The notes under the pieces are model-generated. The model did no database searches, was not told where the DNA came from, and saw nothing but the letters and a program-made list of their open reading frames with translations. A stretch of DNA of 64,000 nucleotides. Source: Microgenomates group bacterium (GTDB taxonomy: Bacteria; Patescibacteriota; Microgenomatia; UBA12405). Below are positions 40,438-49,392 of the stretch, in pieces (the stretch's first letter is position 1; each line of letters opens with the position of its first letter). The DNA lies in NCBI GenBank assembly GCA_049303675.1, contig JBAQNJ010000001.1:664711-728710 (forward strand), in the 5' to 3' direction. Both the position numbers and the translations under genes were made by a program.

Positions 40438-41543
40438 AAACAATTCTTCACCTTACTCCTTTTTACCCACCAAACATTGGTGGCGTCGAGACCCATCTTC
40501 AGGACCTCACCCAAGTTTTATCTACTCAAAATTATCGCCAGATTGTTCTGACTTATTCACCACTTACTACCACTGTTACCTATCAAAGACTCGAAAAAAA
40601 ACCAAACCTGATTATCAGAAGGTTTTATTTATTCGGCCACAACCTGTTCCACACGCTAGAAAAATACCCTCTTCTCAATTTCTGTTACATCACTCCCTAC
40701 CTATTAGTCAGATCTATTCTCTGGTTATTATTCCACCCCCAAAAAATCGACACTATCCACTCCCACGGATTAAATGGTGCCATTATCGGCAATATTCTCC
40801 AAAAAATATTTTCTATTCCTCGACACCTGACCTCTATCTATTCTACTTACGATAATGTCCCCCTCAATTCACTTGGCACCAAAATACTCGTCTCTACCCT
40901 TAATCACACCAATCATATTGTCACTCAAACAGACCAATCCATCCACCAACTAATTTCACTCGGGGTAGAGCCGAAGAGAATTTCCCGCTATTATCATTGG
41001 CTCGACCTAAATCGTTTTCATCCAGTCAAAAACAAACCATCAACATTTTCAGTATTATTTATTGGCAGGCTAATTCCCGCCAAAAATGCCCTAATGTTGG
41101 CCAAAGTAGCCAGCAAATTTCCTCAACTAATTTTCAATTTCGTGGGTACTGGCCCAGACTATCCTTCACTCAAAAAAATGTCGCTTGTGTTTCCCAATAT
41201 CCGTTTACACGGTGACATTCCTTATAGTCGTCTTCATGAATATTACCAAAGCAACAGCATCTTATGCTTACCCTCCAAATATAGCGAAGGTTGGGGCAGG
41301 GTATTGGCCGAGTCAGTCGCTTGTGGCACTCCTGTGATTTGTAGCCACCTCGGGGGTACAGTCGAAGCAGTCGACTCTACTGTGGCCATTCTGATTCCCC
41401 CCACCATTAGTAATTTCACCAAATCCATCAGGCTTCTCTCTACCCACTCAAAAATATATCTCCAAATGTGCCGACACTGTCGACCCTATGCCACCCAACA
41501 CTATTCCAGCGACAATATCCACTATATCACCCAATTTTACTAA
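40425..41543 (+). CDS. Glycosyltransferase family 4
   Basis: ATG 40425. ILHLTPFYPPNIGGVETH...EGWGRVLAESVACGTPVI. Confidence 0.65.
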   Translation: MAPIKTILHLTPFYPPNIGGVETHLQDLTQVLSTQNYRQIVLTYSPLTTTVTYQRLEKKPNLIIRRFYLFGHNLFHTLEKYPLLNFCYITPYLLVRSILWLLFHPQKIDTIHSHGLNGAIIGNILQKIFSIPRHLTSIYSTYDNVPLNSLGTKILVSTLNHTNHIVTQTDQSIHQLISLGVEPKRISRYYHWLDLNRFHPVKNKPSTFSVLFIGRLIPAKNALMLAKVASKFPQLIFNFVGTGPDYPSLKKMSLVFPNIRLHGDIPYSRLHEYYQSNSILCLPSKYSEGWGRVLAESVACGTPVICSHLGGTVEAVDSTVAILIPPTISNFTKSIRLLSTHSKIYLQMCRHCRPYATQHYSSDNIHYITQFY

Positions 41544-42163
41544 CCTTTTTCTACCTCAAGGTATAGACCCAAATCTCGATGAATTGGCAAATCCAACTTG
41601 GCCACATCCGGCATCTTACTCTTAGCAAATTGTGACAAACCTATCTTAGTAAAACCAACTTTTCTCAATAAATCTACCATCGATTTTTGGTTATACATCC
41701 ATTGATGTCCCCGAATAACAGCTGACTTGATTCCTATATTTTTATCTTTATCATAACCATAAAATTCCCGACAAAAGATATCTGCATTTTCCCATTTTTT
41801 ATATCTACCAACCAATTTATCTAAGTCTGGCACCACCAACCTCATCTTCCCGCCAATTCTCAGCACTCTCCAGCATTCTTTCAAGAATTTTTCTGCTTCG
41901 TATTTTTCCAAGTGTTCCATAAAATTCGAGTGATAGATCCAATCAACACCACCACTCTGAAGCGGGATACCCTTGCGTAAATCATACAACCATATTTTTG
42001 GCCACTTTCTCAAATAACTCTTAGCTACAATTCCCAGTCTTACCAATATAGTCAAAATCAGCGGAAACTTACTCAGTAGTGGTAGCCAACCCCAATCAAA
42101 ATTTATCCACCCCTCCATCCCATCCGGACCAGAACCCAAATTAATGTTCACTTTTCTCTTCAT
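41540..42163 (-). CDS. Class I SAM-dependent methyltransferase
   Basis: VNINLGSGPDGMEGWINFD (motif I-like), MEHL, RVLRIGGKMRLVVP. 207 aa. Confidence 0.55.
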   Translation of the reverse strand: MKRKVNINLGSGPDGMEGWINFDWGWLPLLSKFPLILTILVRLGIVAKSYLRKWPKIWLYDLRKGIPLQSGGVDWIYHSNFMEHLEKYEAEKFLKECWRVLRIGGKMRLVVPDLDKLVGRYKKWENADIFCREFYGYDKDKNIGIKSAVIRGHQWMYNQKSMVDLLRKVGFTKIGLSQFAKSKMPDVAKLDLPIHRDLGLYLEVEKG

Positions 42164-42181
42164 CCCTATATAATATCAAAT
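42164..42181. promoter_or_regulatory. 18-bp divergent promoter region: TATAAT (42169-42174) 7 nt before ATG 42182; TATTAT on - strand (42175..42170) 6 nt before ATG 42163
   Basis: Read directly. Confidence 0.35.
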
Positions 42182-43381
42182 ATGCACCGACCCCAACTCT
42201 TAGTAATCTGTCATGTAAATTTAGGAACAAGTCTGAGTGGAGGAGATAGGATTTTTTTAAACATAATCAAATATTGGCGCAAATACTACCATATTTCTGC
42301 CCTAGCCTCACCCGAAGCTATTAATCTAATAAACCGAAATAAATTACATCCCCAGATTATTTCGACTACCAAATTACCAACCATTAGCCGACTAACCACT
42401 TTTAATCTATTTATTCATCATTCTCTCCGATTTATTACCGGCATTATCTTTTGTCTTACCCACCAGTCAATTTTAAAAAAAGCCCAATATATTTACACCT
42501 CTTCAGATTTTTATGGCGATTTTATCTTTGGGTTAATTGCCAAGTTAGTTAATCCGGCTATTGTCTGGTTTTGTGGTTACTATTTGATGGCACCAAAACC
42601 TACAAATCCAAATTCTCCATACATTATCAATAAATATCCACTTCGAGGATATATATATTATCTAGCCCAAATTCCCACCATTTTTTTTGCCAAAAAATAC
42701 GCCGATCATCTATTTGTCACCTCCGAGCCAGATGTTAAAGTATTTAAAAATAGCCACCTACCAATTAGTAAAATTCATATTATTCAGGGTGGAGTCTATT
42801 TACCAACTCCCCAACAATTATCGACTATGTTACCGCCAAGAGAACGCCAATATGACGCCTTTTTTCTCGGTCGGCTCCACTCCCAAAAGGGAATTATTGA
42901 AATGGTCGAAATCTGGAGACTTGTTGTCAATAAATACCCCACTGCCAAACTCGTAATTATTGGTGATGGCGAACTAATGATACAAATGCTGCAAAAAATT
43001 TCTAAATTAAAATTAAAAAATAACATTACTATAATTGGATTCTTAATCGGACCCGAAAAGTTCAATATCATTAAAGATAGCAAAATTGTTATTCATCCCG
43101 CCACCTACGATAGTGGCGGTATGGCCGCCGCCGAAGCGATGGCGTGGGGACTACCCGGAGTCAGTTTTGACCTTCCGGCACTCAAAACATATTATCCCAT
43201 TGGTATGATCAAAACACCCAATTTGGATATCCAAAAATTTGCTGACAACATTGTTCTGCTTCTTCGAGATCAAAAGCTGTACCACCATATCTCACAAGAT
43301 GCCCTAAAGCTAACCAGAGATGTCTGGGGTTGGGCAAAACGACTTGACAATATCTACTCTCAGATAAAGGTCAGTAGGTAG
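42182..43381 (+). CDS. Glycosyltransferase family 4
   Basis: GGMAAAEAMAWGLPGVSFDL. 399 aa. Confidence 0.65.
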   Translation: MHRPQLLVICHVNLGTSLSGGDRIFLNIIKYWRKYYHISALASPEAINLINRNKLHPQIISTTKLPTISRLTTFNLFIHHSLRFITGIIFCLTHQSILKKAQYIYTSSDFYGDFIFGLIAKLVNPAIVWFCGYYLMAPKPTNPNSPYIINKYPLRGYIYYLAQIPTIFFAKKYADHLFVTSEPDVKVFKNSHLPISKIHIIQGGVYLPTPQQLSTMLPPRERQYDAFFLGRLHSQKGIIEMVEIWRLVVNKYPTAKLVIIGDGELMIQMLQKISKLKLKNNITIIGFLIGPEKFNIIKDSKIVIHPATYDSGGMAAAEAMAWGLPGVSFDLPALKTYYPIGMIKTPNLDIQKFADNIVLLLRDQKLYHHISQDALKLTRDVWGWAKRLDNIYSQIKVSR

Positions 43382-44847
43382 GTTCTAGTAAACGCTCCCA
43401 ATTTTATTCCAAAGCCTCTCCATCCATCCCGCTTGACTATTTCCCTAATCGTCCCTACAAACCCACTATGCCTTATTCTCGTTTTTAAATACAACATCGC
43501 TGCTTTTGGTAAGTTACTTTCAATTTCCTTTTTACTATAGTCAGGATATTGATAGACAGCGGTATTACCATTGTATTTGCGCCAATCACTCGTCAACAGA
43601 TAGCCCTTATCCATCAACAAATTGTAAAATGGAGTTCCGGGCTGAGGTGTACACACCGATGCCTGAAAATCCCACAATAAACCTTCTTTTGTCAGCTTAT
43701 TTATCAAGTCTAGGGTTTTGCCATCTTCCACTACATTTGAATCAGGTGAACCAAAAGTGAAGGTAGCGTACATCCTCATCCCCACCTTTTTTGCCATCTT
43801 CAACACCTCAATTATTCGATCCACATTCACATTTTTTACCATTCCTCTGGCTGTTTTTACTGACGCTGTCTCAATCCCGATTCTGATTTTATAATAACCA
43901 GCCTTTCTCATCATCGCCATCATCTCCTCGTCAAATGTCCAATAGCCACACATAGCATCGTACTTCAAGTCTGTCAGCTTATTGTCGATGATCGCTTGAC
44001 ACAACTCCATCACAAATTTTTTATTCGAATTGTGGTTTTCCTCATCAAAAAAGATTCCCTCCATCTCTGGATATTTATTTTTCAAATACTTTATTTCCGC
44101 AATGACGTCAGCCACCTCTCTAACTCTAAAATTTGGTTTTCCATAATAAGTTTGCCGTGCCACACAAAAATTGCAGTTCATTGGGCAGCCTCGAGTAGCA
44201 AAAAATTCAATTTCTTTATAATCACAGCCGCCAATTCTTGTATAGTTTATCCGACTAATATCCTTATCTTCCGGAAAAGGCAATTTTGTCACATCCAACA
44301 GCTCCTTAACTGGATTGGGATATATACCGTCAATTTTTTTGGCTGATTGGCCTTCGATTAACTTAACCACTGCTGGCTCATATTCACCTGTAGCTACAAA
44401 ATCAATTCCATCTGCTAGTACATCACTGGGGAAAGCCGTTGGATGTTGGCCACAAAAAATCAATTTTGTCCCAAATTTTTTCTTAAACTTCAGGGCAAAT
44501 CTCAAGTCATATTTATATACCACCGATGAAGTCTCCAATACCAAATAATCAGGTCTGAATGATTTGTATTTCTCAAAATATGCCTCCGCTGTCAACTCTT
44601 CGTAATTTCCATCTACCATTTTTACTTTCAATTTTTTGTTCTGTTTCAACATTGAAGATAGATATCCCAGTTCATAAGGATAAAAGTTGAAAGATTTAGT
44701 CTTACCCACACAAGTTGACCACCTAGATGGAAACAGAATATAATGATTTCCTTCATCATCCAGACCGACAGAGTTACACACCAATACTTTTTTTGTTATT
44801 TTCATAAAATATGATAACATCTTTTTATTATCTACTACAGCTGTCAT
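43360..44847 (-). CDS. B12-binding-domain radical SAM protein (class B-like)
   Basis: TRGCPMNCNFC canonical motif. N-terminal B12-binding-like region. ATG at 44847. Confidence 0.75.
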   Translation of the reverse strand: MTAVVDNKKMLSYFMKITKKVLVCNSVGLDDEGNHYILFPSRWSTCVGKTKSFNFYPYELGYLSSMLKQNKKLKVKMVDGNYEELTAEAYFEKYKSFRPDYLVLETSSVVYKYDLRFALKFKKKFGTKLIFCGQHPTAFPSDVLADGIDFVATGEYEPAVVKLIEGQSAKKIDGIYPNPVKELLDVTKLPFPEDKDISRINYTRIGGCDYKEIEFFATRGCPMNCNFCVARQTYYGKPNFRVREVADVIAEIKYLKNKYPEMEGIFFDEENHNSNKKFVMELCQAIIDNKLTDLKYDAMCGYWTFDEEMMAMMRKAGYYKIRIGIETASVKTARGMVKNVNVDRIIEVLKMAKKVGMRMYATFTFGSPDSNVVEDGKTLDLINKLTKEGLLWDFQASVCTPQPGTPFYNLLMDKGYLLTSDWRKYNGNTAVYQYPDYSKKEIESNLPKAAMLYLKTRIRHSGFVGTIREIVKRDGWRGFGIKLGAFTRTYLLTFI

Positions 44848-44858
44848 AATTAATTATG
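44845..44858. promoter_or_regulatory. Perfect 14-nt palindrome CATAATTAATTATG containing both divergent start codons (44847 on - strand, 44856 on + strand) and CATAAT boxes 5 nt from each
   Basis: Reverse complement of 44845-44858 is identical to itself. Only 8 bp separate the two paralogous radical SAM genes. Confidence 0.4.
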
Positions 44859-46418
44859 AAAACAGACGTTATTCTAATATTTGTCGGTCAGTATAACTCC
44901 AAAAACCCCTATCATCACTACGTTTCCCCACTCGGAATTGCCAATGTATCCGCCTATTTAAATAAGCAAAAGATAACAACTAAACAAGTAGACTTACGTC
45001 TACTACCCGATTTTAATGCCTTAAAGAAAATCCTTCTCCAGCGTAAACCCACAATGATCGGTTTTTCCCAACTCACTACCGAAGCAGATTTGATCGACAA
45101 TCTTGTCGAGCAAGTCAATACACTTCTCCCTAAAACAAAATTAATAATCGGTGGGCCTCACCCATCAGTTTTACCTCGTGAATCCGCTAGCATTCCCCAC
45201 ATTCTGGCTGCAGTTTACGGGGAAGGTGAGATCACTGCTTACAATTTATTTAAGTCATTTCAACAACACACCCCACTATCAAAGATTAAAGGTATAGCCT
45301 ATCGACACAAATCTGGAGAAATTATCCTCAATCCTCCACAAGAATTTATTAAAAACTTAGATATATTACCTTTTCCCGATCGCCACATTCTCAATTCAGG
45401 GGACTATTTTAGCCAAGCATACGACCTATTTTTTCCCATGAAATACCCCTATGCCAACATTTTTGTCAGTCGCGGTTGTCCCGCCATGTGCACCATGTGT
45501 CAACCCACAATTGATAAATTATTTGGTCGCCCCTTTAGATTCCGTAGCGCCAAAAACGTCATCACTGAGATAAAAATGTTAATCAAAAAATATCATGTCC
45601 AGAGTATCATATTTTGGGATGACACCCTCACTGCTAACAAAAAATGGATGGAGGAATTTACCTCTCTCATTGTTGCCGAAAAATTAAATTTTGACTGGTG
45701 GTGTTATTCACGGGTCAATTACATCAATCCAGAAGTTCTTAAAATAGTCAAACAGGCAGGTTGTAAAATGATCTGTTTTGGTATTGAATCTGGGTCAGAC
45801 CGCATTCTCAAAGTAATCAACAAGGGTACCAACGCCGCCCAGAATGAGTATGCTATCAATCAATGCCACAAATACGGTATTCTCGCCAACGCCAATATGA
45901 TGATTGGTATGCCCACCGAAACACTTGACGATGTCATCATGACAGACCAGCTTTTGGCTCGCACCAAACCAGACATAGTTTGGGCTTCAGTTTTATCACC
46001 ACTTCCAGGAACATATCTAGGCGACGCCTTTATGCGTAGCGATGAATTCCAGCGAACCTCAGCCCACAATAATTGGAGTGAACTAATCCGCGCCCAGACA
46101 GGCAAGGCCAAGATAAACAATACTATCGACATTAAATACATCATAAAATACCAATCCCGATGGCATTATACTCGATTTAAACCCAGCCTCCTATTCAAAA
46201 AATATTATCGTGATATCTGTGCCAGTCGAATTGCCTGCCACCTTACTTCTCACCATCCTGAGAGAATATTTCACGAGTTTATTATCGGCCCATTAATCGA
46301 ATTAACTAGACACTTTTATTGGCTACTCTACTACTATTGGAACTATGAAATGTTCCCTCAACCTCTACCACTCCATGTTGAGCCATTAGGGCCGAAACGA
46401 TCCAAAGTATTGGGATAG
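44856..46418 (+). CDS. B12-binding-domain radical SAM protein (class B-like)
   Basis: SRGCPAMCTMC canonical motif. N-terminal B12-binding-like region. Long C-terminal tail. Confidence 0.75.
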   Translation: MKTDVILIFVGQYNSKNPYHHYVSPLGIANVSAYLNKQKITTKQVDLRLLPDFNALKKILLQRKPTMIGFSQLTTEADLIDNLVEQVNTLLPKTKLIIGGPHPSVLPRESASIPHILAAVYGEGEITAYNLFKSFQQHTPLSKIKGIAYRHKSGEIILNPPQEFIKNLDILPFPDRHILNSGDYFSQAYDLFFPMKYPYANIFVSRGCPAMCTMCQPTIDKLFGRPFRFRSAKNVITEIKMLIKKYHVQSIIFWDDTLTANKKWMEEFTSLIVAEKLNFDWWCYSRVNYINPEVLKIVKQAGCKMICFGIESGSDRILKVINKGTNAAQNEYAINQCHKYGILANANMMIGMPTETLDDVIMTDQLLARTKPDIVWASVLSPLPGTYLGDAFMRSDEFQRTSAHNNWSELIRAQTGKAKINNTIDIKYIIKYQSRWHYTRFKPSLLFKKYYRDICASRIACHLTSHHPERIFHEFIIGPLIELTRHFYWLLYYYWNYEMFPQPLPLHVEPLGPKRSKVLG

Positions 46419-47169
46419 TCACTATTTGGAAAACCACCATTAGTCTCCGCGGCAAATGAATATTAAATTTCGTCAAAATAGAATACCCTAGCACTTGACG
46501 ATACTCCAACATGTTATTTTTTACTAAAATATCAGTATAACCACATCTTTCAAACAGTCTAATCAGTCCATGATCGCTAAACAAAAATTTATGATACGGA
46601 TAATCAGCATGGTACCAATTTATTCCAGCCAAGTCAGCCTCCCATGAATTAACATTTGGTACCCGCACTACCAATTTAGCGCCATTATTCAAATATCTAG
46701 TCAATTTAACCAAAAACGCGTCTGGGTTCTCAATATGCTCTAATACTTGATACATCAACACCACATCAAATTTCATCTTGAAGCTATCCAAACTAGCAAA
46801 TACTTTACCTTTTCCTATTTTGTTAGATAGATTGTCGCGGGCCCACTTTGACTTATCGATTCCATACACTTTATATAATCTTTTGTTTAATTCGTTTATC
46901 ATTTTTCCCCCACCAAAACCTATCTCCAATATTTTATCAGTCGATTTCAAGTTCAAAGTCCGATATCTATCCCAAAATGACAGCCAGTCGATAATCCCCA
47001 TCCACCAGACATTTACCCCCCGAGTATAATATTTTCCCTGATACAGTTGGCTTTCTGCCACTTTTTTCAATAACCTTAAACTGCCACACTCAGGGCAACG
47101 ATAATATTTTTTATATACCGTATCTCCCTCCTCTTGACTACCGCACACCCAGCATTTTAACTTTTTCAT
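46306..47169 (-). CDS. Class I SAM-dependent methyltransferase with N-terminal C4 zinc ribbon
   Basis: CWVCGS...CPECGS zinc ribbon. ILEIGFGGGKMINEL...VLMYQVLEHIENP...LVVRVPN. Convergent 113-nt overlap with 44856..46418. Confidence 0.55.
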   Translation of the reverse strand: MKKLKCWVCGSQEEGDTVYKKYYRCPECGSLRLLKKVAESQLYQGKYYTRGVNVWWMGIIDWLSFWDRYRTLNLKSTDKILEIGFGGGKMINELNKRLYKVYGIDKSKWARDNLSNKIGKGKVFASLDSFKMKFDVVLMYQVLEHIENPDAFLVKLTRYLNNGAKLVVRVPNVNSWEADLAGINWYHADYPYHKFLFSDHGLIRLFERCGYTDILVKNNMLEYRQVLGYSILTKFNIHLPRRLMVVFQIVTIPILWIVSALMAQHGVVEVEGTFHSSNSSRVANKSV

Positions 47170-48061
47170 AATGATACCCTTGTGACTTCCATAATATCAC
47201 CATTATCTGCATAACCATATTTGGAAAAACATTATATCTGTTAATATTTTTTTCCAACCACAATTGTGGCCCATTCCAAATCTTCCATGCCCCAACATCC
47301 AATATCATTTTGCCGATACCGCTCTTAACCAAAAAAGGTAAAAAATTAATCGGCAACTTCGACTCTAGGTGGAAAAGGCCCCGACCATGACTTATAAATC
47401 TCGATTTAATTTCCGCCAAACCCAACTCATGATAGTGCCAGACAACCGCCAGTCCATCATAAAATAATTTTAAACCCTTTGTTTTGGCTCTATAGGCAAA
47501 CTCAATATCTTCCCACGCCGCAGTCGGAAATTCTTCGCAAAATTTTATATCATTTTGCCTTACGAACTCATTTTTCATCGATAAATTACAAGTCCACAAG
47601 TAATACCAGGGGATCTGCATAATTCTCTTTTTATCAGTAAACAAATAGTTAAAATGTAATCCACTTTGGCCTACCAACCATTTCATTGCCGGAATATTGA
47701 CAGTATCGGGATGGTTTTGAGTAAATCCCACCATCGCCCTAGAGATTTCCGGTCGCCTTTGGTGAAACATCAAATGTCTTTCTATAAAATTATCGTCGAC
47801 AAAACTATCATCATTTAAAAACAAGAGTAACTTTCCTCTTGCCCTTTGCATCGCCTCATTTCTCGCTTTGGCTGGACCATTCGCCCCTTCCACCACAATA
47901 ATTTCATCTGTTTTATTATCAATCTGCTGGTTTAGTAATCTCAGTGCTTCATGCAAGACATCACTCCGGTCCAAAGTCGGAATTATTACACTCAACCTTA
48001 TTCGTGTCTTAGTTTTTTCCATACCCATAAAATTCGCAAGACCACAAATATAATCGGCCAA
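47138..48061 (-). CDS. Glycosyltransferase family 2
   Basis: RLSVIIPTLDRSD...FLNDDSFVDD. Codon at 48061 is TTG. ATGs at 48028 or 48022 (MGMEKTK / MEKTK) are more likely starts. Confidence 0.6.
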   Translation of the reverse strand: MADYICGLANFMGMEKTKTRIRLSVIIPTLDRSDVLHEALRLLNQQIDNKTDEIIVVEGANGPAKARNEAMQRARGKLLLFLNDDSFVDDNFIERHLMFHQRRPEISRAMVGFTQNHPDTVNIPAMKWLVGQSGLHFNYLFTDKKRIMQIPWYYLWTCNLSMKNEFVRQNDIKFCEEFPTAAWEDIEFAYRAKTKGLKLFYDGLAVVWHYHELGLAEIKSRFISHGRGLFHLESKLPINFLPFLVKSGIGKMILDVGAWKIWNGPQLWLEKNINRYNVFPNMVMQIMVILWKSQGYHYEKVKMLGVR

Positions 48062-49392
48062 GAAATTATCTTGGGCAATTTCATAGCAAACGCCGTCCCT
48101 AGCAACATTTTTCGCAAGACAATCATGTCCACCGACGACAAATATTTTGTCTTCATATTACTAGTATTACCGTTGAACTTATTCCAATCAAAATCCTCTA
48201 TTAATCCGTTCTTCAGTGCATCATCAAACATTTCTGTCCCAGGATACGGGGTAATTGTACTAAAGCCCACTGACTCAGGATTGAGTTTGACCAGATATTC
48301 AAATGTATTCGACATAGTTCTCAAATTCTCATCAGGCAATCCAATTATCATCAAAAAATGTAATTTTACTCCTACTTCTAGGGCCGTCTGTCTAATTTTA
48401 GTCACCGCATCTAGGCTTACCCCTGGTTTTCCTTGATAAATTATTAGTTCCTGATCCAGTGTCTCAACTCCAACATTTATTCCCATACATCCTGCCTTTT
48501 TCATTATCTTTAACAGCTCTGGTGTCAACACATTAATTCTCGTCTCACACCACCAATCAAACTTTAGTTTATTTTTTATGATCAACTGACACAGTTCCTC
48601 AGTTCTCTTATTATCGAGGGTAAATGTCGCATCTCTAAACAAAATACTTCGAATACCCAGATCCACTATATTCTTTATTTCCAAAATTATTCGATGATTA
48701 CTCATTGCCCGCCATGCTTTTCCTTGAACTAGGGGATAAGGACAATAAAATCCGCAAGGATAGGGACAGCCACGGCTAGTCTGCATGGTAGTCACTACTC
48801 CGGGCAACAAGACATATTTATATAAATTAGATTTAGTCAATTCCCGTGCTGAAATCGGTAAATCATCCAGATTTTTGATTCTATCCTCGATGGTAATCGG
48901 CTCAAACACCACCTTACCTCGCGACAAATATATGCTGGCTGTATTACGCTTTTTTTCAACATATTCATGGATAGTCAAATCACATTCACCAAACAAGATT
49001 CTCTCTGCACCGCTATCCCATAGTGCTTTTTCCAATATTTGTCGGTAACTAATCCCAGTTTTGATAATCACTCGAATATTTTTATATTTATCGATCAATT
49101 TTCTGACAAACATTGTGTCCTCAGTTAGTGTCGGTAATGCCATTCCACACAAAACCAAATCAATTTTGTGAGTCACCATGTATTTTTCAAAATAGCCAAA
49201 GTCGTCAATACTCTCAGCAATCGCATCTACAAAATACACCCCATACTTTTTCTTTATCAAAGTCGCCGCCGAATTCAACAAATCAATCGGCGGCAAAACC
49301 ACCCCTTCCCCACCACTATAGCCCAAACCACCTGCCATATCTCTATTAATTGTCTTGTCACTTGAGGGTGGGTTTACTATCAATATATTCAT
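47998..49392 (-). CDS. B12-binding-domain radical SAM protein, non-canonical motif CPYPCGFYC (Cx3Cx3C)
   Basis: MNILIVNPPSS N-terminus typical of this class. Cys cluster encoded about 48735-48785 on the - strand. Confidence 0.6.
   Translation of the reverse strand: MNILIVNPPSSDKTINRDMAGGLGYSGGEGVVLPPIDLLNSAATLIKKKYGVYFVDAIAESIDDFGYFEKYMVTHKIDLVLCGMALPTLTEDTMFVRKLIDKYKNIRVIIKTGISYRQILEKALWDSGAERILFGECDLTIHEYVEKKRNTASIYLSRGKVVFEPITIEDRIKNLDDLPISARELTKSNLYKYVLLPGVVTTMQTSRGCPYPCGFYCPYPLVQGKAWRAMSNHRIILEIKNIVDLGIRSILFRDATFTLDNKRTEELCQLIIKNKLKFDWWCETRINVLTPELLKIMKKAGCMGINVGVETLDQELIIYQGKPGVSLDAVTKIRQTALEVGVKLHFLMIIGLPDENLRTMSNTFEYLVKLNPESVGFSTITPYPGTEMFDDALKNGLIEDFDWNKFNGNTSNMKTKYLSSVDMIVLRKMLLGTAFAMKLPKIISWPIIFVVLRILWVWKKLRHE

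Noticed and set aside
35743-49392. Possibility that the radical SAM cluster is a RiPP (for example proteusin-like) biosynthetic cluster
   Set aside because: No candidate precursor peptide ORF, leader-peptidase, cyclodehydratase or RiPP-type transporter lies in or near the block. All intervening genes are glycosyltransferases or methyltransferases.
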